DNA of 55,326 nucleotides, counting the filler, from Platydemus manokwari (taxonomy: Eukaryota): NCBI GenBank assembly GCA_037951405.1. It is 5 parts of 5 records of this genome, joined end to end, with 100 filler letters (N's around TTAATTAATTAA, not from the genome) between each part and the next. Parts side by side here need not be neighbours in the genome. Positions count along the whole stretch, not along the records: positions 37,587 to 55,326 come from JBBMOY010866643.1; 4 more parts are not named here. One strand, 5' to 3'. Within the stretch, counting starts at the first letter, position 1, and each line of letters opens with the position of its first letter. Shown in pieces: positions 37,587 through 49,560 of the stretch. The notes under the pieces are model-generated. The model was not told the origin of the DNA and ran no database searches. It was given only the letters and a program-made list of their open reading frames with translations. The translations under genes and the position numbers were made by a program.

Positions 37587-38275
37587 CTCAGTTTTTATTA
37601 AACGAAATAGATTGATTCTTATTAAAAAGTTGTTTTAATTCAAAATATTTTCTTTAATAGTTAAATTAAATTTTACTAACAATAATTGGCTAACTAAAAA
37701 TATTTCGAAAATTTTTTATATCTACATTTATATTACTCATCAGTTTTTCATTGAAAACTAAAATAGAGGAAATGAATAATATTCCAGACAATTATTCTCT
37801 TCGCAATTTTTTTTGATAAAATCTTCAAAAAATATCCTAACCCCTTCATTTCTAAAATTGACCAATCAAAATTAAGTATAGGTCTATCCAAATAATGATG
37901 TCAATTGTTTATTTATTATATATAAACAATGAAGGTTATAGTCTCGGAATTAATTATATTTAACAAAGTATGAATGTTTCTGTTTCGTTGGGTGGTGGTA
38001 AAAAGGCGAAAATATAACGCAACGGTGTTCTATTGCAAGCAATCTTCTTTTTTGTAAAGGCTCATATCATTATTATTGAATAAATTTACATGATTACTTT
38101 CTCATTATAAATCTATATATAACACCGAAATATAGTTTTAAATGTTACCTTATTGATTATCATTTGGATGTTTTCCGATATGTGATGTTCATCCGTTATC
38201 CTTATGTATATATTTGATTTTCTAAATAAAGATACAGATATCATGACTAAATGTGTGATTCAAACATTATTGTAG

Positions 38276-41200
38276 GCCGATACAGTCAATCGATATATCG
38301 GATCTTTGTTTAAAAATTTAAATCAAAAACGTAAAAGTAAAAAACCAGAAAGTTCCTCATCGAAACAAACAGAAACCTGCCAGAAACCCACTGAAGATCA
38401 TTCCGTACAAACTAATAATAATGATTCAGCAACCAAGTTACGCCATGTGAATAATGTGTATGACGATTTGGATACCAGGTGCGAAAATCACCATCATGTT
38501 ATTGCTGACAATATTGTCTGATATGCTTAGGTTGCGGCGCATTTCAACACCTCACATCGACGAGCTGGTCTCGGAGAAACACTATGTGCGTCGTCTGTCT
38601 CTTTGCATACCCAGTCCTGGAAGTGAAGATCAGGGTATTGTTGAAGGGTCACAGAATCTTCATTCTTCGCTTGAAAAGAAACCTAGCAACTCAAATTTCA
38701 TAATGCAATCCATTGATAACAAGCCATTACTCCGGAAAAAGACCGACTATAAGCCCAATAAGATATCTGCTGTGATTGAACGGTTGTCATTCAGAGCCAG
38801 TAGGGATCTGACAACTGACATACTCAAGTGATCCATTTGACATCAATCATGTGTGTTCAATTCTCGATTCTTTCCTCATTCAGATCGGGGTCACCAGTTG
38901 TTGCACTTAAGGAACAGTTGGATAAAGTCACACCGTGCATTATTGATGATCACCACAGCGCATTTTCATCCAATATGAATTCGGTTGTCGTCGCTCAATC
39001 CAAGAAACGCTTTCAACAACCTCTTTTAAACGAACCCATGAACTGTTGGAAAATGGCTGCCCTTTCCAGGAAAAACAGTGCTCCAATTCCCCTCGAGCAG
39101 GTATCGAACAATAATCACATGAACGAGGAGCAACCACCAGTACCACCAGTCAGGTCAGTGTTAGAGGGGGGATATTTTAAATATTTTGTAAATACTGACG
39201 ATTGTAGAATCAATTCTTTGCGCAATCCCATTCAACAGAGACCAGGAGCACTGATGGATGAGAGTCCCCTTGTTCGCTGCAAAGGGGAAAGGCCAACCCC
39301 GAATATCAGCGGACCAATTGATCAAGACGACCACCTTTCTTCAATCACTACTCCATCATCCTGTGATGACAATATAGGAGATTCTTGCACGTAATTATTA
39401 TCGATTTTTTACAATTTTTATTTTTTATTTAATTTATTATTATTATTATTTATATTTAATTATTATTTATTTAATTTTTGCTTATTATTATTAATATCAA
39501 TTATGAAATAAGTTTTTGTGGTGCAAAATCGATATGCACTTGATGGAAATTGATTTTTATTCCATTTTCAATGAGAATTAACGTGTAATTTTTAATGAAC
39601 ATTTGGTACAAGTGTGATCGATTATCGGTATCTGTTTGTTGGCAGAATAAATGACCTGAATCTGAGGATAGAAGTTCATCTGTTGAAAAAATTACTTCAG
39701 GAATTAAGCGCATAGTGGGTGTTCAAATATCATGTGACGTAGATTTTGTTTTTGAATTCACCGTTTTTTTGATTTATCGAATGTTTCATTGATTTTGTAC
39801 TTCATAACACGTTTCTTATTTAATTTGCGACCAATACCATTTTTTGTTACCAGATTCCATACATGTTCTTTCAATTAACATGTTAATTGTTGCTTTTTTA
39901 TTCGAGATCTTGCACAGCTTACTTACCGAAAACCAATTATTGAGCTTTGCATTGATTTGTTTCATTGTTTTTTTATTGGATATGTTCTGATTTTAACTTT
40001 TAATTAAAGTTTTTATTTTGTTTTTGATCGATTTATTTAAAACATGAATTTTCATATTATTTTATTTATTTCACAAACACCGAACATACCGGCATTGAGT
40101 CACATTAGCACCTGAATTTTTCGTAGCCAATAAGTTCCAGGCATCACTTTTCTGTAACTTTTTAATTTAATTGATTTGAAGATAATTGAATTTTTTGTTT
40201 ATTTTAATTTTTTCAAAATTATTATTTATTCACGAATTTTTATTTAATTTGACTAGCTGTTTTTTTCAAGGTTTAAAATTGTTCATTTAAAGCTAAGAGT
40301 TTCAGTAGTAATAATAATAATAATAATAACTGTAATCTACATTCCAAAAAATACCAAATTTTCACAATAATCGATGTCAGACGAGATCTAAAAATATAAT
40401 AAGCCGACATTTCATTGAATAGCTCTTTCCGTTTCATAAATTGATTGATTATTTTGATTGTTATTTTCGTATGAATGGAATGCGCGCCTCCTTGATTATG
40501 TAATTGCATGTCATGAGATTCACCTAGAAATACGCATTAATATAAGATCACCTCATTGAATATCGTCTCTCATTAATAACAATGGTGATTGATTGGTCGA
40601 TCAAAACTATTTCCAAACAATATTCATTTCAAAAATTCAATATAATGATAACGTCTAAGGATGTAGATGATGATAAAATGTTATCATTTGGTGTCATCAA
40701 TGAGTTTGACACATTTATTGTTAATGAATAACCTTTTATAATATAGTGAATGAATTGCTATCAATAATATACTACAAATTTAGCACCAATCTTTTTATAT
40801 ATATTTTTAAACCGTAGAAGAAGGTTTTTAATTTTTTCTCTTAAAATCTCATAAATTATCCTTAGTATGATTTCAGAAAAGAATCTTTAGTTATACATAT
40901 ATATATATATATATATAAATGGTCCTTTATTGTTATAATTGATATGAAAAAATTTGTGTTACAAATAGTAGTAGTGGTGAGTGATTTGTTGAATAGTTCT
41001 TTAAATTGATCAATCTTGGTGTAAGCACTATTGTTTGCACTTTATAAATGTATGCTATAAATAATGATGATCGCTTACAACAAATATGAATCCAAAAATG
41101 ACGAATAATCAAATAAAGAAATGTCTAAATTATTGATTGTACCAAAAAATTACCATTAATTGCAAATATTGTGTTTATAAAATCGATTATCTTAAACAGA

Positions 41201-44200
41201 CATCAATCAAACGATAATTATTGATCATTCACCTATCAATTACGTTAATATCGATACAAATTATTCATGTTTATCTATTTTATATTAATGAATCGGGATG
41301 GAAATTGTTTTCTTTATTTTTTCATAGCAACTGAAATATTTGCAGTTGCTATGGTTAACCAGTTCATCAGAATCGCTTGTTTACTTAGTGCAAAAATCAA
41401 TTAGAATGGTGAATAAATGATGGAATAAATAAATCAGTGATTATTGATATTGATTGAATGCGTGTGTGGGCGATCTGATCCGATCATTGATGATGTAACA
41501 TTATTTCTATTGTTATTGCTTGTATACGCACGGATTTCATTGCTTGAATTTCTTATTTTATGCTGTGAGCATTCAATAAATCTAATCATTTGTTTATTTA
41601 TATTTCAACATTTTGTTAAGCAAAGATATAATATTGTTGTGATTTAAAATACACATATTTGTTGAGGTAGCGTATTTATATATCAGCGAAATATTTTCAA
41701 AGCAACGTGGAATCTGATATAAAAATGAGTGGTATTTATAGATACCGACCAAATTTCTTATATATGATATTGGGCGATGTTTATATTGATCAAATATTTA
41801 TCCTCGATAGTATTTCATATTTCACTTTGCTACAAAATAATCGATGATGACTACTCGATATCGAGATTATTCGCCGACAGATTTTGTTGTATTTAAAAAT
41901 AAGAATAACCAAATATTTGTCCTGTTAAAATATTTTCCCATCATCTCTTCAATAGAACGAAAGGAATTTTTTTATCATTCCTCAAAAAATAATCGCCACT
42001 GTACGCTGAAGATTTTAATTTGGGCAGCATAAAACATCGATTAAACTTTGACATTTTTATATGTCACGAGAGAGGTGGATGATAAAAATTGAATTTTACA
42101 GGTTTTTTTCGATTTCCTCATAAATTATCTTTCCGATAAATTTATTAATGAATTTGACAATCTCTACTAATTTGTTTTGGTCCTAAATATTCGTTACTTG
42201 TTCAGTTATTAGATTTTAAATAACACATACCCATGTCACCAGAAACTTTTCCTCTTAAAAATTTGGCTATAATTAAGAAAAGGGATCCCAAAATAAAATT
42301 TTAAATTTGCTGAATGTATTGAAAAAATCTAATTATATTCTTTAAAAACATTTTGAATTTTTTATTTAAGTACACAAGAAGAACTTTAGTTGTCTGAAGT
42401 CAAATATTAATTACACTAGAACTTCAAAATCTCCTAAAATTTGATTACTTGAAAAAGGGAAAAAAGGTAGAATTACAATTTATTGAAAATTACCGATGAT
42501 CCCCTTTTTAAAAATCTGACTCTCAACTTTTACAATAATTTTATAAAAATAATCAATGATATTATTAAACCTGCCTGTAATTAACTAACTCGATTTTTAA
42601 TTAAAAAAATTAAATTTAAAAACTCAAATATTCATGTGTTGTGATCGGAAGAGGAACTTGATTTAAAAACTATGTTTTTTTCCTATTAGACATCTTAAAA
42701 AGTGACATAAACTGAATTATAAGAATAAATCAAACAACGCAATTATATATAAAATTAAGTTGTAAAATTATCTCATGCGCGACAATTCATTATTACGAAA
42801 GTAGGTCAAAGGACCCCTTTTTCTTAAATTAAGCGAAAAATCTCAATTCTAAAGAAAATCCAAGTACTGATGCCATCATAGATATGTTTTCTGTGAGGTA
42901 AATTCTTATTGATTAGAAAATAAGTAATTTTTCACCTATTATTATTTAATCAATAAAAGTGGAACAAAATACATGCATATATATTATAATTTATTATGAA
43001 GTGATAATAATAAATGTCACATCTGGTAAATCGATTTGTCGTTGTCGAACGGTATTGATAAGAGGTCCACTATTATTAGTCTTGTATTTCAAATCGCTGG
43101 GTTGTCCATCAATGAAAATGTGTGTTCGTCGGCATTATATATGAATGACAATAGCTTGGATAGATTGTTATCCATTGACTGTTATTAATGATTCAGAGAT
43201 GAGACTCGAGTCCCTGGTCCAAGCGGAAAGTATCGCATTCAAAATAATAACAACAACAAGATGAACTTTAGCGCATCATTCAATGATAATCAGTACAGAT
43301 CTTTCAATCTCAATATCACCAATGAAAACCATAACTCCAGTTTGCCAATAAATTATTTCAAAAATTTCTCCAAAGATGAAACCACTGATTATCTTGTTAA
43401 TAAAGAGGTAAGCTTTCATTTTATGTCCGAGACAAACAATCGATTTATGATAAAATTCTTTATATTCATCAATAAATATCATCGATTAATCACAGTGGAA
43501 AGGAAATCAATAATCGCCTAAATACCATATTTTATCAATATTATTGTGCCTAATATCATTGGTTTCACAAATGTTTTGTTCTATCACAATGAAAATTTAC
43601 CACTCTGATTTTGTAATAAATTTCTCAGCTTTGTTAATAAAATAAATTTTTCACCAAATCTTCATTATCGGATATTTTTGTGGTGTTCTTGAAGTGGATT
43701 TTTTGACAATTTTTGCAGGAATTTTATATTTTTCGAAATGAAATTTTTGCCAGGAAATCGAAGAAAAATAATATAAAAACATACAGTATTATTTTAAGGT
43801 GAAACATTTTCAGACCGTTTAATCATTAAGGATTGTGAAATGAAAACGCTAATGGACAATTATATATAAATAAACGGGCTGGTGGCTTTCAACTGTTTAA
43901 TAAATCATGAGTCTTGTATCGATCATGTTGGATATATTTCGATTTTATTACAGTTAGGCAGCTTTATTCTCAGAAATAGTGCTTCCCATCAAGGTTGTTT
44001 TGCACTCTCGGTGAAAGTCTCAGACATCAGTGTCAGCCATTATATTATTCAGTCTTCCTCAATCGGGTTTCAGATTAAGGTTGGAAAATTCCGACTGCAT
44101 TCATCGAATTGATCTATCTCTTCATTCTTTCAGGGACTCGATAAAACCTGGCCCAGCCTCCATTCTCTGATCACCCATCTGTCCGTCATTCCAGAAATGT

Positions 44201-44475
44201 TACCCTGTCCACTTCACATTCAACCGCCCGCCACCGGAGGCCTAGATAGGAAACTGTCGACTCCATCGTTTTTCACAGACGCACATTCAGAATTGCCGCC
44301 CACTCACATGGGTGGCAATTTGAAAAAGCAGACTTTGCCTCAATCGAAATCGGCAGATGAAGAATATCAGCTTCGAATGAGACAGTTTCTCAACGATTCA
44401 ATAATTCCCGGCCAGGAGCAATATCAGCAGTTGTCTGATTTCTCCTCCATGGTTGCCAGCTTTGATCTGAATTAG
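38276..44475 (+). CDS. SH2-domain adaptor protein (tensin/SH2D5/EGFRAP-type SH2 near the C-terminus), 7 exons, 543 codons, start codon unresolved
   Basis: Exons 38276-38478, 38531-38827, 38884-39153, 39208-39390, 43197-43407, 43954-44079 and 44134-44475. All introns are GT-AG (52, 56, 54, 3806, 546, 54 nt) with matching phases (2,2,2,2,0,0), giving one open frame to TAG. SH2: YFKNFSKDETTDYLVNKE|LGSFILRNSASHQGCFALSVKV…VSHYII…FQIK|GLDKTWPSLHSLITHLSVIPEMLPCPL. The disordered N-terminal part carries NVYDDL and PPVPPVR. Confidence 0.85.
42265..42835 (+). mobile_element. Non-autonomous Merlin-family element, copy D, in the long intron of the SH2 gene
   Basis: TIRs GGCTATAATTAAGAAAAGGGATCC / GGACCCCTTTTTCTTAAATTAAGCG. 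Flanked by AAAAATTT / AAAAATCT (7/8), the 8-bp TSD length expected for Merlin. Confidence 0.8.
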
Positions 44476-46299
44476 CCGCACACTCATACACGTCCTACTC
44501 ATCCCAGTGTTATCGATCGATTCACCTGTGATAGTGCTCATCTAATTATTGATAATAGTGCCTCAATATTGATTTATTTAAAAATTTAATTCCGATATCT
44601 CTTTAATTGTTTGTTCGTTATGAGTTTATTTTCTCTTTGATAGCAGGAATCATTTTTATAAAAGCAGAAACACTAATATATTAATTATATTATGTACATG
44701 GAGAGCACCTGGGATTCCATAAAACTATCACAAGTCCAGGATAAAATCATGAATTAGAGAGCTTTTATCCAGGGATTTATCAAATAACTTCATGGCTTAT
44801 TAGATCGGGTTAATTTATATTATACCAAGCATTGATTATTTTCTTGATGAAGCACTTATTTGAAATTTAAAGGCTATTTTAAAATTGAGGTACAAACAAA
44901 GTAATATATTCTATCAAATGAAAATATCGATTTTGACTTATTGTGTTCACATACGGTTATTTGGATTCGGTGGGCTATACCCCCACAACACCAAATACAA
45001 CTAACTTAGCAATAATATTAAATACAATATTAACACGAAACAAAATCATCTAATGTCAAAATAATCATATGCGATCTAAAATTGAAAGTCTGATTCTAAT
45101 ATTTAAAACAGTCTCAATTTAATATCCAGTACAATCAAATTCACTCAGACACAATATTTTAAATTCAATCCAACACAATGTTTCAAATTATGCTGATTAA
45201 AATTGAACTTTTGTGTTGATCGAATTCAATCTTTAAAAGACTTGTTATCTTTTATGATCAATGTGTGAATCGATTGGTGGGATGTGGCTGAATTACATTT
45301 TGTAAACAATTATCTTTCCTAATTCATTCATAATGTTTTATGAATAATTATCTTTCTTGAATTATAAATATGTCGTTTTATTTATCGGGAAACTAAATTA
45401 GCCGATGAAGTAATATAATATAAAATAATGAAAATAATACATATAAAATAAGTGAAGAATTAAAAAAAGTTTTAAGAAATAGAACAATAATAATAAAATG
45501 AAATTGTAATAATGTTGGGGTTTATTAAAATGATATTTATAAAAGAATATATTGTATATTTATAATAATTGCCTTTCATAAATATTTGAAGATCAAAATA
45601 ATAATACCCAATAAACCTCATTAAAGGAAAACCCATTAAAATAAATTTGACATGTTTTGGAGCTTGTTGTTAATTTTTGTTTTAATCAATCTCAAAATTT
45701 ATTATGATTTTGCTCACGGATCACTGTTATCTTGATTAGTCTCCGATGAGTCCTAATCAAGCCCAAGGTGCAGCCTAATAAACATTATTTCTATAACTAT
45801 TTTCGACTCGCAATCAATACTATATGATGATAGAATTGATTGGCAACAATGATCCAAAATAGGTAATTTAATCCTATCAGTCTCAATTATTTTATAACTA
45901 TTTATGCCTCAAATTTTCGATCAACACGTAACTCAGTCCACACTGAAACGTTTATTAATTATATAACATCAAATTACAGTTTACAATCCAATATACACCA
46001 AATAAAAATGTTGGTTCAACGGCTAAGCTTACAATTCCAGATGATAGCGGTTTATACCTTCTTCTCTTGGATTAAAACCAGTTACCAAAGATGTCTGTGA
46101 GCACAAGTCGTATGATAAACGATACGTACGATGAATAAAAATCAGTTTCTGATCTGACTTACTACTTGGTAATGACATGTACTGTCGACGAGCAAATCGC
46201 ATAATTCTTCGTAGTGGTTTTCGAATTAAATTATGGGCAATTATTAAATCGATCAATATAAATTAATGACTTTTTGTTTTTCATTTATAACAAGAAAAT

Positions 46300-46305
46300 T
46301 TTATT
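46300..46305 (-). terminator. Candidate polyadenylation signal of the TRAF gene
   Basis: AATAAA on the minus strand about 60 nt after the stop codon. Confidence 0.45.
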
Positions 46306-46364
46306 TCACATGACAGCACGAACAAGAAAATAATTAATAAAATCAGTTTTGCAATTTCAAGTTT

Positions 46365-47997
46365 TCAATTGCTTAATAGAGTATATTTGTGCTGCTTGGC
46401 AGAGGTGACAAATTTCATAATGATTTGATTATTTTTACTCAATGTTGGATTGGCTAATATTTCTGCGATGGAAGAGTCGAGGTAACCAATACCATATCCT
46501 TGGTTTTTATCGTTTGTTGGCTTCTTTAATCCATCATGATAAGGATATTCTGAACATTTATCCGCCCGTGTGAAGGACGCTAGTCCTGTCTCTTGATTTA
46601 TCAATGACAGTTCAATATCCCGATTGAAAGGCCACTTGAGCAAGCCATCAGATTCTCCCCTCAAAATGAAGAGCCAAATATACAAATTATTTTTATTCAA
46701 ATTTCTACCGATCTGAAAACCGAGACATATTTTGTAACCTTTTGGGTGCGTCAAAAATGCATCACTGTAATACCAGATTTCATCTTTACTGTTTTGTGCC
46801 TGCTTGACTTTATGAGAAAAGTTGAAAATTTTCCAGATATATTGGCCCACTCTCAAACAATTATCTGGCCAATTGTTTATTTTTTCGGCAAATTCAGCTT
46901 TCGATTCTATCAATTCAGTTTTCAAAGCAGCACTAGTGCGTGAAAGCTCATCTAGTTGTACCTGATAAGCAGTGATTGCATTCATTCATATTTTCAATCA
47001 ATCAAATTCACCTCACTCTTTTCCATTCGTTCACGAATTGTATCGCACCTGATTTCTGCCACCTGGTGTTGATGTTTAATTTCACTGATTTCTTGTTGTT
47101 GATCCACGATTAATGATTTCAAATTAGCTATTTTTGTTGACTGATTATCGATTTTTGTATTGACATTGATATTCTGAATACAAAACCTCAACAGATAAAT
47201 CGATATTTCATAGAATCAACTCACTAGTTGCATTTTGTCATCTTTTAGAGTGTTCATTTCACTTTTTATTGATCTGTTCTCGATTTTAAGTGCGCACATT
47301 TCCTCATTCAGCAATTCTATTTCTGCTGAATTTCGTTTGTCTTTGTTTTGCAAATCTTGAATTATTTTCTAAAAATGTTATTTCAATCAAAAACATATTT
47401 TTACAAATATTGATTTCTCACTTCTGTTTTATCTCTATCGATTCTGATTTGTTCTTTCAGTTCACGATTTTCCCTCTTTAATAATTCCATCTCGTTTCCA
47501 AGATTATTTATCCAATTAATCAATAATTTACTGTGTGATGAAATATCATTTAAGATGTGATCACCAACTTCATTGTCTGATAAATTATTTTCCTCGCATC
47601 CTAAATTCGAATATGGGCAACTTTGTGGTTTGTTTCCGCATCCTGTCAAATGATTTTCTAGCATTTTTAATTCGATTCTTGATTGGCAATCAATATTTGG
47701 ACATTTTGTTGTCAGTTTCGATATCTTCCGGTTGATAGCTGGATTGACGTGGATATTGGTAACATCTAACACGACTTCACCACATAATTCAGATTGTCCT
47801 GGACATTTTCCACTTCCTACTTTTAAATATTCTTCAATGCATATTTTACAGAATCGACATTCACAAGGTGTACTACAAGCCTCAATTAGTAATCTCTTGC
47901 ATATCATACATTTATAATTTGTATTAGCACCATCATCGATTTCCAAATCAAATTGATTCATTATATTCCACATATTGACAAGGTTTTGTTCATCCAT
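46365..47997 (-). CDS. TNF receptor-associated factor (TRAF) family protein, 492 aa, 4 exons: RING - Zn finger - coiled coil - MATH
   Basis: Exons 47997-47422, 47368-47225, 47173-47012 and 46961-46365. Three phase-0 GT-AG introns of 53, 51 and 50 nt remove all stops. RING CMIC…CECRFCKIC…CPGQSELC; TRAF zinc finger CPNIDC…HLTGC…CPYSNLGC…H; MATH YIWKIFNFS…YSDAFLTHPKGYKICL…LRGESDGLLKWPF. A possible 5' UTR intron lies at 48161-48015. Confidence 0.93.
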
Positions 47998-49199
47998 ATT
48001 ATTGATTGAATTATCTGAAATTGATCACAAACAGTAATTTCAACAATAATTTTAAAAATATTTTAGTGAAAACAATTAAAATTAAAATAAACACGAAATA
48101 TAACTTTATATTATAATATTATTATTATGGAATATAAATTAAATAAACGGATAAAAATTACGTTTATCGAATGATTTGAAACACAAGCTACGGAAATGGT
48201 AAATATTATTTAAACAATCACATGAATACCGATCAATATTTATATATATTATCTGTTTCAAAATTTCCAAATTTAAAAGTTCAGTAAATAGTTATTTTCG
48301 AATCGACAATGAAGTATATCTCAATTTTTATCAAATCGATTCTTTCTTATGGTTTCTTGTAAAAATTTGTCTTCAAATCTTTGTTATTTTAATTATTATT
48401 CCAATAACTGTAGTCCTGGATAATAATTATATTCTACTTATTATTTGAATACGATGAATCAGTAATCATAGGCACATGGTAGAAGTCAGACTTATTTATT
48501 ATTTCTGGAATGAGCTCTTGTTTACTTGATTTAACTTGGGTTTGTGAAAATTCTGATTTATAATTTAGGATGATTAGCTGGGTGTTAGGAATGAGAATTG
48601 TTTTATAAATTTTATTGTTTTATTGTCGTTTTTATTTATTTTACACATTCTTATACTTAAAAATTGTTGATCAAATTATAACTTTATTTTTATAATATCA
48701 ATGACAATGAAAATAAGATTTTATGCTGATATTCAAAAGAGATAGATGGCAAGCTATATTCAATTCAACTCAAATTAATTTTTGTAAAATGTGAAATATT
48801 CGGCATTCCGGAATTATATATAATTTTAAATTCTCTTGTTTAATAAATGATATGAAGTTTTAATAATATTTTATATGATTGTTGGGCTTTTTGTGGTTTA
48901 TGACTTACTATGATTAGCAAACAGACAATTTTATAGTTTGGTAACTAAATATTTAAACGCTGTCAGTAGTTGAGCTCCACTAAAAGATTTTAGTTGTACA
49001 TCTGACACCAAAAGGTCTATGTAAATGATGAATTCAGTCCGAATAAGTAATAATTAAAATAACAACTTCAAATCAAAAACAATAGTATTAAATGATAAAA
49101 TATTATGATAACAATGAAGCGAAAATCGGCGGGTTTAAGCAAATCACCAGTTATACGAAATATAGTTTTGGTTTTTAGTTATTTAGATATTGTAGGATA

Positions 49200-49560
49200 C
49201 TACTGAGATATAACTAAGGATTTTTGTTGACCGCGTATAGCGATTCCCGTTAGAGCTCTAAGTTAATTTTGTTGGTCTACAATTTTTTCGATCTGAAGGC
49301 ACCGTAACCACTTTTAATAGATGTGTTTTTTTATTTTAAGATTTCAAATTGTAATTGTTAATCATAAGACTTTCTAATAAGGGAACATTTATTTAGAACA
49401 ATTAGAACGTTATATATCATCACATTTCTGATGATGTAATCAGATCATGGGAGGTTAAGTGGTTAGTAGCAACTGATAGTTGCGCAATCACTAATCTCAT
49501 TTACGTATCTCTCTTACAGTAATTTTAAATCCAAGATGTGTGAGGTTCAGTCTAGACTTA
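49200..49560. repeat. Unclassified repeat shared with about 51590-51760
   Basis: Colinear blocks TTCCCG.TAGAGC.CTAAGTT, ACCGTAACC.CTT and GGTTCAGTCTAGA occur in both places. Confidence 0.45.

Noticed and set aside
38243-38275. ATG at 38243 in frame with the SH2 gene through a TAG (stop readthrough)
   Set aside because: The TAG is more simply the splice acceptor, and nothing else supports readthrough.
45731-45761. Hairpin CTTGATTAG…CTAATCAAG containing CCGATGAGTCC
   Set aside because: It lacks the CTGATGA and GAAA hammerhead cores and has no Helitron CTRR end. It is an isolated hairpin with no further support.
46029-46256. 75-aa minus ORF downstream of the TRAF stop, faintly like a TRAF N-terminus (INRYHLEL vs MNQFDLEI)
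   Set aside because: No RING cysteines follow in any frame, and the similarity is too short.
46365-47997. TRAF as a fragmented pseudogene (three separate ORFs in the track)
   Set aside because: Three canonical 50-53-nt introns join the pieces, plus an unlisted 144-nt exon, into one intact 492-aa frame.
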